Notes under the pieces: model-generated
The model's database searches: none
What the model was told of the DNA's origin: nothing
What the model saw: only the letters and a program-made list of their open reading frames with translations
Shown: piece after piece, positions 9,037 to 18,154 of the stretch
How positions within the stretch are numbered: position 1 is the first letter of the stretch
Layout of the letters: each line of letters starts with the position of its first letter
Program-made: the position numbers and the translations under genes
Source of the DNA: a virus
Virus record (IMG/VR): IMGVR_UViG_3300045988_119876
Location: 1 to 64,000 of that record
Strand: one strand, 5' to 3'
Length of the DNA stretch: 64,000 nt

Positions 9037-9933
9037 ATGGAAACTACAAACAAACTAACTTATTTAAGTACAAAATTCTTTACAGAAAACGAAGAAGAAT
9101 ACAGAATAACAGTCACGGTATCTTTAAATGATGATTGTCATAACAATATGTGTGACTGGAGCATAACAGCCGACGTTGACTGGAAAAACAAGCATGGAAA
9201 ATATGAGGATTACTTAGGAGGCTGCTGCCACGATGAAGTCGCAAAACATTTTCCGGAATTAGCGAAATTCATATCGTTGCATCTTTGTAACCATTATGGT
9301 GCTCCTATGCATCCGGTAGAAAATGGCATATATCACGTTAGAAGAAGCGGTATGTCTGTGGCAATGGAGTATTTGCGTATATCAGAGCAAGAATGCGCAG
9401 AATTATATAAAGCCTCTGAGGATGAGTTGTATTTCAAGTATATGCTTTTCAATCTGGGGATTGTGAATAGATGGAAACGTGAATCAGAAGAGCTTATTGC
9501 GGAACTTGAAAAAATGTGTGGAAAAAAGTGGGTTAATCCATATAAGCCGGAAGAAGAAAGATTTGTTTTAACACTAACAGACGAGGAACGATCTCTTATT
9601 GAAGAGCGTATTAAAGCCGGGTATTACTCCTCAGAAAATATCGAAAAGCATATGGAAGAGGCTCATAAAGCAAAGATGGCGGCAAAGCGTGCTGAAATTT
9701 GTGAGCGATACGATAAGAAAATCAGACGAGCAGAAGCAGAAAAGAAGATAATGCTCTGTGTGTTTGATTATGGGTTGTCTACCGATAACATCATATATTA
9801 TCCTCATACGAACACTTTATCTTTCAACTGGAACGATTATGGAAGAAAAATCACACAGGAAGAGTTTGTTGATTTTGTGAATAACGTAGATCGCTCTCAG
9901 TTGCCGGAAGGTATTAAGTTTGAACTTAAATAA
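9037..9933 (+). CDS. hypothetical protein (298 aa)
   Basis: ORF track. Confidence 0.55.
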   Translation: METTNKLTYLSTKFFTENEEEYRITVTVSLNDDCHNNMCDWSITADVDWKNKHGKYEDYLGGCCHDEVAKHFPELAKFISLHLCNHYGAPMHPVENGIYHVRRSGMSVAMEYLRISEQECAELYKASEDELYFKYMLFNLGIVNRWKRESEELIAELEKMCGKKWVNPYKPEEERFVLTLTDEERSLIEERIKAGYYSSENIEKHMEEAHKAKMAAKRAEICERYDKKIRRAEAEKKIMLCVFDYGLSTDNIIYYPHTNTLSFNWNDYGRKITQEEFVDFVNNVDRSQLPEGIKFELK

Positions 9934-10234
9934 AATACAGGATATGGAAAGATTGAATTTTGAAACATTGTTTCGTATCGTAAGATGGGATTACAACCGT
10001 TGTTTCAAGGATGAGTCGTTAGACAAGGATTTGTTTATGGGAAAATACGGGAAAGTTATGGGTGAACATTATTATAACAAGTTTATCCATGAATTTGACG
10101 GGAATATCCTGAAGATGGTTGGTTACTTCAGAGGTTCCGAAAAAGAGGGGCAAGTCTTCTGCGATATGATAACCGAACGTATTGAAAAATACGAAAAGAG
10201 AATGTCATATGATAAAGGTAAGTTAAACAATTAA
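9920..10234 (+). CDS. hypothetical protein (104 aa)
   Basis: ORF track. Confidence 0.5.
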   Translation: MNLNKIQDMERLNFETLFRIVRWDYNRCFKDESLDKDLFMGKYGKVMGEHYYNKFIHEFDGNILKMVGYFRGSEKEGQVFCDMITERIEKYEKRMSYDKGKLNN

Positions 10235-10246
10235 AAAGATACTTAT

Positions 10247-11311
10247 ATGAACAATTCAATGGTCGCTCACTTGTGGGCAAACGAAAAGCAAGAATCAGCG
10301 AATGGTAGTAACTTCTATTTTGAAGGAGAAAGTATTTACTCCTATGGAAGACATTTTGAGGTCGGAAGAATCGTGCGAAACAAGCGTGGGGAAAAGGCGT
10401 ATTTGATTAATGACATATATTATTCTTCTTCTACAAGCAAACATCAATGTCGTGTTCGTGAAGCAATACCAACTGGCTCAAAGGTGTTCTATGTTGAATG
10501 TAATATATCATATTGTATCGGTAACATGCTCTTTGTTACCAATATGTTGGAATATATTAAAGATGCTATTGAAAAATACAAGAAAGCCAGAACCGAATTG
10601 TCTTATCGGGATGTTTGGGGAGCTTTTAAAAATATGATGGATTACATTGAGTTCTTCGATATGGGGACTTCCCAGCGTCTTCTTAAAAAGAGCGCAAACG
10701 AATGGCTTGGAACTAACCATGAATTATCACAGAAATCAGATAAGATTAAACGTGAACATGTCCGTGAGTTGAAACGTATTTTCCAGATATTGTTGAATCA
10801 TAAAGCACTGGAAGTCCTTGGAACCGTTAATGTGATTGTAGATGAAGTTTGTGGTGAAGGAACTTATTTGAAATATCGGGAAAGAGTTGAAAAATATAGA
10901 ATAAATATAGAAACAAAACAGGAAAAAAAACGAAGGGCAAGGGAAGAAGAATTAGATAAATTTCGTAAGGATTTTTATGAAAGATTAGAAAAATGGAAGT
11001 CGGGAGAACTTAATTTCTTGCATTCATATTATTTTATTGATTGTGCTGACGTAAATGCTTGGATGCGTATAAAAGGAGGAATTATTGAAACGAGCAAACA
11101 AATAAAAATCGGGATAGAAGAAGCCAGAAGGATGTGGCAGGTGGTGTCGCTGTTGCACCGGGGAGGCCAGTTCCGGCATGGCCTGGTAGAGGACGTGGAT
11201 GGCAATAAGTGGAGCATAAACCGGTATGAAAACGATATACTGACAGCCGGATGTCATCGTATTGCGTATAGTGAGATGGAAAGTATTGCAAAGCAACTGG
11301 GATGGGCGTAA
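10247..11311 (+). CDS. hypothetical protein (354 aa)
   Basis: ORF track; long ORF. Confidence 0.55.
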   Translation: MNNSMVAHLWANEKQESANGSNFYFEGESIYSYGRHFEVGRIVRNKRGEKAYLINDIYYSSSTSKHQCRVREAIPTGSKVFYVECNISYCIGNMLFVTNMLEYIKDAIEKYKKARTELSYRDVWGAFKNMMDYIEFFDMGTSQRLLKKSANEWLGTNHELSQKSDKIKREHVRELKRIFQILLNHKALEVLGTVNVIVDEVCGEGTYLKYRERVEKYRINIETKQEKKRRAREEELDKFRKDFYERLEKWKSGELNFLHSYYFIDCADVNAWMRIKGGIIETSKQIKIGIEEARRMWQVVSLLHRGGQFRHGLVEDVDGNKWSINRYENDILTAGCHRIAYSEMESIAKQLGWA

Positions 11312-11352
11312 GTAACCCATCTTATTTTATAACAACTAAAAACAAGAAAAAT

Positions 11353-12093
11353 ATGGAAAATGCAATTATTGTTCCGTTTGATTTAAATACGGCGAGAAAA
11401 ATTAAAAGCGGAGAAATAGAAGGTTCGGTATTAATTGATAATATTGAAATAGAATTTGTATATGAGTCGAAAGACTGTGCAGGTCCTTATAATTTGCTTT
11501 TTGTAAAAAAAGATGGATATGGGATAAGTGCTATATATGCCAACACGGAAGGTTGTATTATTGGCGGCACCACTCTGGAATTGAGGGTAGAGGCTGGAGC
11601 GTATTTTAAGAAAGGAGATGTATTAACAAGCACTAAAGGATGTCAATTTATATATGATGGACTTATTACCAAAGGGGTAATGGGAAGTATATGTGGAATG
11701 GTAACATCTGGAGATATTGAGTTTGATCATAGCGGATTATGGACTGATGTGTATGATGAAGATAAAAAACGGCATGTAAGAAAGGCTATAGAAGAAGAGA
11801 AGAAATTTTTAGCAGAAAAGATTATAAAAGCCGAAGACAGTAGAAAAATAGATATAATAAAACGATATTTAAGTGAATATGAGTATCTATTAGATGAGAT
11901 GCCGAAACGTGACTTCAAACCATTTGAACGAGTGCTGGTGAGAAGAACTAACCAAGAGAGGTGGAAATTGCATTTATTTTCCAGAGAATCAGGAGAAGAT
12001 AATAAATACGAATGCTTAGGAGGGGTAGGATTTAGTCAGTGTATCCCATACGAAGGAAACGAACATCTTTTAGGAACCAATAAAAACAAATAA
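11353..12093 (+). CDS. hypothetical protein, paralog 1 of tandem pair (246 aa from ATG 11353)
   Basis: shares motifs with 12098..12835 (PFDLxTAxKI, KPFxxVLVR..W, ECxxG...EGNExLLGT). Confidence 0.6.
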   Translation: MENAIIVPFDLNTARKIKSGEIEGSVLIDNIEIEFVYESKDCAGPYNLLFVKKDGYGISAIYANTEGCIIGGTTLELRVEAGAYFKKGDVLTSTKGCQFIYDGLITKGVMGSICGMVTSGDIEFDHSGLWTDVYDEDKKRHVRKAIEEEKKFLAEKIIKAEDSRKIDIIKRYLSEYEYLLDEMPKRDFKPFERVLVRRTNQERWKLHLFSRESGEDNKYECLGGVGFSQCIPYEGNEHLLGTNKNK

Positions 12094-12097
12094 GATT

Positions 12098-12835
12098 ATG
12101 GAATATAAAATGGTAACAATCCCGTTTGATTTAGAAACGGCGAAAAAAATAAACATAGGGGAAAGAGTAGGTCAGATTGTGACAGAGAAAGGACGAAATA
12201 GAGCAGAAATAGTATATGAAGACAATTCGTCAATTTGTCCGTTATTGGTTGTAATTCATTCTATTTCTGTATCGGCAGATTGGTTTTCTGCTACAGGAAA
12301 AGCATTTAGCAGCGAAAATCGCCTCCTTCTTGAAGTCCCGGAATATACTACATTTAAAGATGGAGATGTGTTAAGCAACAAAGATGGAAGTTATATTTTT
12401 ATTTTAAATATGCATGGGAAATATTTAACATCTTTGTATGCGAGTCTTACAATAAGAAGAGGTCTTACTATATCGGATAATTTGGCTGCACACGAAAACC
12501 ACATAGAATGTTATAGACTTGCAACAGATTCGGAAAAACAGAAGATGATTAAAGCGTTAAAGAAAAGCGAAAATCCTAAAGCAAAAGAATATCTGAAACG
12601 CTTCTTCGAGATTAAAGAAGAGCCGAAATATGAGTTTAAGCCGTTTGACAAAGTGCTGGTAAGAAAAGAAGGAAATAAAAAATGGAATATCAGTTTGTTT
12701 GCAAGGGAAATTGTGGACGATTATAATGGATTGCCTTATAAGTACGAATGTTCCAATGGAACATTATGGGATTATTGTATTCATTTTGAGGGTAATGAAT
12801 GTCTTTTAGGAACTACTGAAAATCCAGAAAAATGA
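12098..12835 (+). CDS. hypothetical protein, paralog 2 of tandem pair (245 aa)
   Basis: colinear similarity to 11353..12093. Confidence 0.6.
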   Translation: MEYKMVTIPFDLETAKKINIGERVGQIVTEKGRNRAEIVYEDNSSICPLLVVIHSISVSADWFSATGKAFSSENRLLLEVPEYTTFKDGDVLSNKDGSYIFILNMHGKYLTSLYASLTIRRGLTISDNLAAHENHIECYRLATDSEKQKMIKALKKSENPKAKEYLKRFFEIKEEPKYEFKPFDKVLVRKEGNKKWNISLFAREIVDDYNGLPYKYECSNGTLWDYCIHFEGNECLLGTTENPEK

Positions 12836-13278
12836 AAATGGTAAAATTATCTGATTTTTATCCTTATGACAGAAACAAAGGAGGAATACAGGAATTGCAT
12901 CATAAAATTGAGTCCAAAACACTTCAGTATTGGGGTGAAGATAGTGGTATTCTGATCGGCATCACTCCGATATATAAGAGACGTTTGTGGAGCGAAGAAG
13001 TGAAAGTTGTAAATGATAAAATGACAAATATGAAAACAAGAACATACGAAGGGGTGCAGCACGGAGACTGGGTAAGATGTGTCTTATGTGGAGCACAAAT
13101 GCTTCTTCCATGTGGAGCTGACAAATGCCCAGAATGTAGCAGTAAAGATACTTTAATGTGGGTAGATGAGAATAGGCAAGAAATGGACGCTAAACATCTG
13201 GATTGTCTTGTCCCAATACGCAAATTGGAGTTACAAGAATATCTATCCCCAGAAATTTTGAAAATGGAACATATATGA
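12832..13278 (+). CDS. hypothetical zinc-ribbon protein (148 aa)
   Basis: ORF track; CVLCG...CPEC. Confidence 0.5.
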   Translation: MKMVKLSDFYPYDRNKGGIQELHHKIESKTLQYWGEDSGILIGITPIYKRRLWSEEVKVVNDKMTNMKTRTYEGVQHGDWVRCVLCGAQMLLPCGADKCPECSSKDTLMWVDENRQEMDAKHLDCLVPIRKLELQEYLSPEILKMEHI

Positions 13279-13403
13279 AAATAGAATACATACAAAAATG
13301 TAAATGCGGCGCAGTCACTATCAGCTTTGATAATAGTGCTTCGAATAGCATGTTTTGGGAAACATTTGAAAAATTGGATTTGGATACTGGTGATGCCACA
13401 TGA
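13275..13403 (+). CDS. small Cys-containing protein (42 aa), ending at an in-frame TGA
   Basis: ATG 13275 overlaps previous stop (ATGA); KCKCG motif. Confidence 0.4.
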   Translation: MKIEYIQKCKCGAVTISFDNSASNSMFWETFEKLDLDTGDAT

Positions 13404-13574
13404 CTTCACCAGTCCTACTGCTGCGACCACTGTATCAACCATTGGGGAATAGGCTTATGCGGGTGTGGATCAGGACAGAAGGTAGGAAAATGTGAATGTG
13501 GATCCCAAAAGGCACATGATATATTAGGGGTTAAATATGATTCGTTTGGAGCAATATTAAAAAACTTTGGATAA
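13404..13574 (+). other. 56 open codons in the same frame after the TGA, Cys-rich (YCCDHC...CGCG...CEC), no in-frame ATG/GTG/TTG
   Basis: ends with TAA that abuts the next ATG (TAATG), like genuine gene junctions here. Confidence 0.35.
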
Positions 13575-14050
13575 TGGATATAGTAAGTAAATACACCGCC
13601 TTGTTAGGACAACAGAAGCTAAAAGAATCATTTGTGAAAGATTTGGAGCTTGTATTATCAAGAAAAAATCCTAATATAGAAAAAGGGAAACTTAATTTCA
13701 TTCGTTATTCAGAAATGAAAAATTGGAGTGTAAGAGAGTTGTTTGGTGAAGACTTGGAACAAGCTGATAGGGCTTTAATAAACAAGGTGTATCATATGCT
13801 ATTTGATATAGGTTCGGATTTTGAATCGGTTATAAGAATGCTATATAGCTTTCGTAACGGACCTAAATCGGGGATAAAAGTGGCGGATCCAGAGGATAAT
13901 TACGAATGGACTAACAAGGACGGAAATGAAAAATATTCTACTAAAAATCTCCCAAAAGCGCATTTTAGATGGGATTGGAGAAGATATACCTTATCAAAAG
14001 AATCCGTTGATAAAATAACGGAGTTTGTAGACACCATATTAGAATCATAG
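13574..14050 (+). CDS. hypothetical protein (158 aa)
   Basis: ORF track. Confidence 0.55.
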   Translation: MDIVSKYTALLGQQKLKESFVKDLELVLSRKNPNIEKGKLNFIRYSEMKNWSVRELFGEDLEQADRALINKVYHMLFDIGSDFESVIRMLYSFRNGPKSGIKVADPEDNYEWTNKDGNEKYSTKNLPKAHFRWDWRRYTLSKESVDKITEFVDTILES

Positions 14051-14057
14051 AGAAATT

Positions 14058-14312
14058 ATGAACGAAGTAATTTTAAGCAACATGTTAGGATGTCAGACAT
14101 ATTGTATATCAGACAGTCCTTCGAATAGATACTGTCTTATTGGACCTATTGAGTGCAATGAGAAGTTAATAGAAGTGTTTAAGAAGGGGATAACAGTAAA
14201 ACTCAAATACGTGGAAAAACGGGTCCTGGATGCATTTACGGACAACGGAATCGACCTGAGTAATTACACTCATTGTATTATTGTGAAGCGGAATTTTTAT
14301 CTCGCTTGGTAA
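14058..14312 (+). CDS. hypothetical protein (84 aa)
   Basis: ORF track. Confidence 0.45.
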   Translation: MNEVILSNMLGCQTYCISDSPSNRYCLIGPIECNEKLIEVFKKGITVKLKYVEKRVLDAFTDNGIDLSNYTHCIIVKRNFYLAW

Positions 14313-14330
14313 CGGCAAAACATAAACAAT

Positions 14331-14993
14331 ATGAATAATTTTGTAATAGATACTCCAGATAATTTCTGGCAAATAAGATGGCTTGACAAGTATATGGAAG
14401 GCCACAAAGGATTCATAGCTGGTGGATGTTTTAAAAATATCCTTTCCGGAGAAAGAGTAAAAGACATTGATATTTTCTTTGAAAGTGAAAGCGATTTTCA
14501 GGAGGCTATTGATTCGTTCAATGATGAAAAACATCAGAAAGAAGGATGGAAATTTAAGTACAGAAATGAGAAGGTATGTGCGTTCCAGAAAGAGGGAGAA
14601 AAGGTATGGATAGAGTTCATAGAGTCAGAGTTTGGAAAGCCGAAAGAGATTCTTAGGAGCTTCGATTTTACTGTGACAAAAATGGCTTACTATAAGGAGC
14701 CCAAATACGAAGAAAAAGAAGATGATTATTTTCCATTCTCATCTGCAAGTATAGTAGCATACGAGTACAAACTACTCTATCATGAGAAATTCTTCGAACA
14801 TCTTCATATGAAGAGGCTGGTCATTGACGAAAATATTCCTTTTCCAGTAAGTACATGGGAGCGCTCATATCGGTATAAAGGATATGGTTACAATATGTGC
14901 CGGGAGACAAAGAAAAAACTTCTACAGGCTATTAAAGGTGTAAACGTAGAGGAGGAAGATGTATCTTTGTACACTACTGGAGGATGGGATTAA
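14331..14993 (+). CDS. putative polymerase-beta-fold nucleotidyltransferase (220 aa)
   Basis: FIAGGCFKNILSGERVKDIDIFF fits hGG-x13-DhDh NTase active-site pattern. Confidence 0.45.
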   Translation: MNNFVIDTPDNFWQIRWLDKYMEGHKGFIAGGCFKNILSGERVKDIDIFFESESDFQEAIDSFNDEKHQKEGWKFKYRNEKVCAFQKEGEKVWIEFIESEFGKPKEILRSFDFTVTKMAYYKEPKYEEKEDDYFPFSSASIVAYEYKLLYHEKFFEHLHMKRLVIDENIPFPVSTWERSYRYKGYGYNMCRETKKKLLQAIKGVNVEEEDVSLYTTGGWD

Positions 14994-15451
14994 CCTATAA
15001 AACAAAATTGCTTATGAAAACATTAGAACAACTTAAAGAATTAACATCAAAATGTTTAGACGGTAGAGATTTTAACAGACTGGCTAAATTTATCCCATAT
15101 AACATGATAAAGGATTTCGGTATGGAGCCGAAAGAAGAATACAATAACGAAGAAAGGTGGAACAGTACTGTAGTTGAATTTACCAGGGAGAATGTTTTGA
15201 AACAGCTTGAAGAAGATGTAAGATTCGGTTTTGAAAAGGCATTAAATCAGAGAGGAATATCAGCCAGTTTAATGTTTGAATGTGTAATGATGTGGAACTA
15301 CATCCTGGAAGAAGGCCTTGAAGACTGGGATGAGGATGATTATGCATTTTATGGACTCCCTCTATTTAAAGCTACGGCTGTAAAATATGGATGGGACAAT
15401 CCGATAGGGGAAGACAGCGGGAGAGAAAGAAAATATGATTCACAGTATTAA
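14984..15451 (+). CDS. hypothetical acidic protein (155 aa)
   Basis: ORF track. Confidence 0.5.
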   Translation: MGLTYKTKLLMKTLEQLKELTSKCLDGRDFNRLAKFIPYNMIKDFGMEPKEEYNNEERWNSTVVEFTRENVLKQLEEDVRFGFEKALNQRGISASLMFECVMMWNYILEEGLEDWDEDDYAFYGLPLFKATAVKYGWDNPIGEDSGRERKYDSQY

Positions 15452-15462
15452 ATGGGCATATC

Positions 15463-16317
15463 ATGAGCACAAGTAAAGAATACAGGGCAGTAAGGAACTG
15501 TATATTAAATGAACTTCACCTTACCAAAGAAGATATAATCAAAAACATAGAGCCGTTATTGGAGAAACACGTAAAACGGTACATGGTTAATACATATGGA
15601 GGTGACAACCAGATAGAAAACTGGATCAGATGCATGGTGAATGATGAACTCAAACAAAGAGATCATGATTTTGTAAGAAGAGCGTGCGAGAATGTCATCA
15701 GGAATCATGTATTAAATGAGTTGAATATAATCGTAAGATCCAAAAGTGAGAAATGTACATGTGAAAACAGAGTACCATCCGAAGAGGATAAGAAAGAGTC
15801 AACTGACGGACTGTATATAATCTACAAAGATGGACATGCAGAGCCGTTTACCGGCGATAACTCCAAAGATTGTGTACAATACATTGGGTTGAAGCACAGA
15901 TACATGTCATTTGCAATCTCACTGACGGAACATGATATCGTACAATTGCTTGACGATGATAGCCGTGAAGAATCCGGAAGTGGGACATATTACGAACGTG
16001 AATGTGATGCGCTGTTTGACATTGACGGACGCGGCAATACGGAACGCCTTGTAGCCAGAAATCCAAAATTGAGAAATCTGCTGGAAGATGGCGAGTATAT
16101 ACCATCTCTTGGTCAATTAAATTTAATGGCCCATTATATGGACGAACTAAACAAAGCATTCACTTATGTTTCGGCATCTCCCCTCTCCTCGACGTGGTAT
16201 TGGTCCAGCACTGAGAGCAGCCAGGCCGTCGCGTGGTACGTGGTCTTCTCCAGTGGCCTCACGGGCACCGGCAACAAGCACATCGGAGACATGGTTCGGA
16301 CGGTAATTGATTTTTAA
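15463..16317 (+). CDS. hypothetical protein with C-terminal DUF1566 (Lcl-C/Fib_succ_major-like) domain
   Basis: C-terminus IPSLGQLNLM...YWSSTESSQAVAWYVVFSSG...VRTV matches the remembered WrLPt..EL/YWSST/vRcV signature; last 150 nt markedly GC-rich. Confidence 0.55.
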   Translation: MSTSKEYRAVRNCILNELHLTKEDIIKNIEPLLEKHVKRYMVNTYGGDNQIENWIRCMVNDELKQRDHDFVRRACENVIRNHVLNELNIIVRSKSEKCTCENRVPSEEDKKESTDGLYIIYKDGHAEPFTGDNSKDCVQYIGLKHRYMSFAISLTEHDIVQLLDDDSREESGSGTYYERECDALFDIDGRGNTERLVARNPKLRNLLEDGEYIPSLGQLNLMAHYMDELNKAFTYVSASPLSSTWYWSSTESSQAVAWYVVFSSGLTGTGNKHIGDMVRTVIDF

Positions 16318-16328
16318 AAAGGATTACA

Positions 16329-17126
16329 ATGATAACATCAGTAAAAATAAAAGACAATACAAAAACTCCATTTGAATATGTTTCGGATATAGAAGCATTT
16401 GAAAATGGCAGAGAATTTATTTTCAAGTCAGGAGTGAATGTAATTATAGGTAAAAACGGTAGTGGAAAGTCAACTTTGCTTAACATCATATCAATGTATA
16501 TGTTATGCGAGAAATCCATGTGCTCTGAAATGCCGACCGAGGCACTGGATTTTCCACCTATATTTGATGACGATGATAAGGTTTTTGATGGGATTGACAT
16601 ATCATCCGATTATGCAGGGAAAGTATTCCGTTTATTGCCATCGGCGGAGATGAATCGAGATAGCGTATTGAAAAACATCAGCAATCTCGATTTGTATGTG
16701 AATAATATTCGAAAATCTTATGGAGAGAAAGTGGTGTTATCATTGGAATCGCTTTTCAATTTAATGTTCAGTCAGAAGGATTATACGTTTCCAATACAAG
16801 ATCTTGTAGAATACAAGAAAAAATCAAATGCGTTTTGGATTAAAAGAATTGATAACCTGTTGAAGTATTATAAAAGAAACCGCATAGCATTAACAAAAAG
16901 CAGTTTTGAATACACGGTTCTCATGGATGAGCCAGATAGGAATCTTGACATTGACAACATAATGCAAATTTATAATGTATTGTCATTCCATAAACCACAA
17001 ACACAAATTATAGCCATAGTACACAATCCGGCATTGATTTACAAGTTAAGCAAATTAGATTGTGTGAATTTCATAGAGATGACAGAAGGATATCTTAGTA
17101 AAACTTGTATATTTATGTCTAATTAA
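16329..17126 (+). CDS. ABC-type ATPase (265 aa; Walker A GKNGSGKST, signature SYGEK, Walker B VLMDEPDRNLD, H-loop AIVHN)
   Basis: motif order typical of AAA_21/AAA_15-style ABC ATPases. Confidence 0.7.
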   Translation: MITSVKIKDNTKTPFEYVSDIEAFENGREFIFKSGVNVIIGKNGSGKSTLLNIISMYMLCEKSMCSEMPTEALDFPPIFDDDDKVFDGIDISSDYAGKVFRLLPSAEMNRDSVLKNISNLDLYVNNIRKSYGEKVVLSLESLFNLMFSQKDYTFPIQDLVEYKKKSNAFWIKRIDNLLKYYKRNRIALTKSSFEYTVLMDEPDRNLDIDNIMQIYNVLSFHKPQTQIIAIVHNPALIYKLSKLDCVNFIEMTEGYLSKTCIFMSN

Positions 17127-17138
17127 ATATTTTCAACA

Positions 17139-17522
17139 ATGAGCTATTTTATATTAATGGGAAGAAGAATCCCAAAACAAGCCGTAACAGGCTTCAAGTT
17201 TCAAAATGAAACAGATAACATTCGTCCTTTCCTGTCAATCAGGATAAGAGGGAAGGAGGAAATTATACCCCTTAAAGATAAAAGAGAAATACTGTCCGTG
17301 AAAGCACATCTGTGCTCTGTCTTCTCCGGGTTTGTGAAAATAGGCGACTGGTATCTCAAGATGTCGGAAGTTAAGGAATATAAGCCGGTGACTGCCGAAG
17401 ATATGAATCCTTACATCTTATTCAAGACATCTAAGTTTGGAAATATAAAAGTTCGTTTTCTGAAAGATGAAGATATGGATGCCGAATTGTTGGTGTTAGA
17501 TCAACTTTTTGATGTAGAATAA
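17139..17522 (+). CDS. hypothetical protein (127 aa) immediately downstream of the ATPase
   Basis: ORF track. Confidence 0.5.
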   Translation: MSYFILMGRRIPKQAVTGFKFQNETDNIRPFLSIRIRGKEEIIPLKDKREILSVKAHLCSVFSGFVKIGDWYLKMSEVKEYKPVTAEDMNPYILFKTSKFGNIKVRFLKDEDMDAELLVLDQLFDVE

Positions 17523-17546
17523 ACTATTAATCATATTTTAAAAATC

Positions 17547-17798
17547 ATGACCTGGAAAGAATTGAAAGACAAAATATCTCTTATGACAGAAGAAGAGCAA
17601 CAGCAGGAAGTTGCAGTTTGGGGAGAATATCTGAATTTGATGAAAGATTGCTCCTTGGAGAAAACAAATGAGAATATGTACTACAACTCTGAATGGGATT
17701 ATACTCTTGAAGAGAGTGAATTGGAACCGGAAGACAAGAATAACCCTGATGTACATAGGGTATATGAAGCAGGAATGTATTATATTTATTCGAATTGA
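17547..17798 (+). CDS. hypothetical acidic protein (83 aa)
   Basis: ORF track. Confidence 0.45.
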   Translation: MTWKELKDKISLMTEEEQQQEVAVWGEYLNLMKDCSLEKTNENMYYNSEWDYTLEESELEPEDKNNPDVHRVYEAGMYYIYSN

Positions 17799-18088
17799 TT
17801 TTAAAACAAACTAAAGATATGAAACCGATATTAAACATCGAAGACGTCAATAAATTGAAGATGGATGAAAAGTTAATTGAATGTATAGCAGGGAAGGTGA
17901 ATTATTACAGATTCCTGTGTTTTCATCCGAGAAATTCCAATTTTGTGATTTTACTAGATCATGGTGAAGAACCTGTACGATTTTATTGTAAGAACCTGAT
18001 AGATCGATTTTTTACGGATTATACGCAATATGATATTATCACCTATTGTAAGGAATATGCCTTAAAGAAAATAAAGGAATTTGAATAA
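17795..18088 (+). CDS. hypothetical protein (97 aa)
   Basis: ORF track; ATGA overlap. Confidence 0.45.
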   Translation: MILKQTKDMKPILNIEDVNKLKMDEKLIECIAGKVNYYRFLCFHPRNSNFVILLDHGEEPVRFYCKNLIDRFFTDYTQYDIITYCKEYALKKIKEFE

Positions 18089-18154
18089 GCATTATCTGAA
18101 TTAGAGGGTAAGGGCAATTTAGAAGATTAAATAACAACTAAAAATAATTGAGTC

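Noticed and set aside
16150-16320. GC-rich stretch considered as an embedded RNA gene or a separate mobile fragment
   Set aside because: It is in frame with the upstream ORF and encodes a recognisable DUF1566-type motif (YWSST...VRTV), so it is coding and better explained as a horizontally acquired domain.
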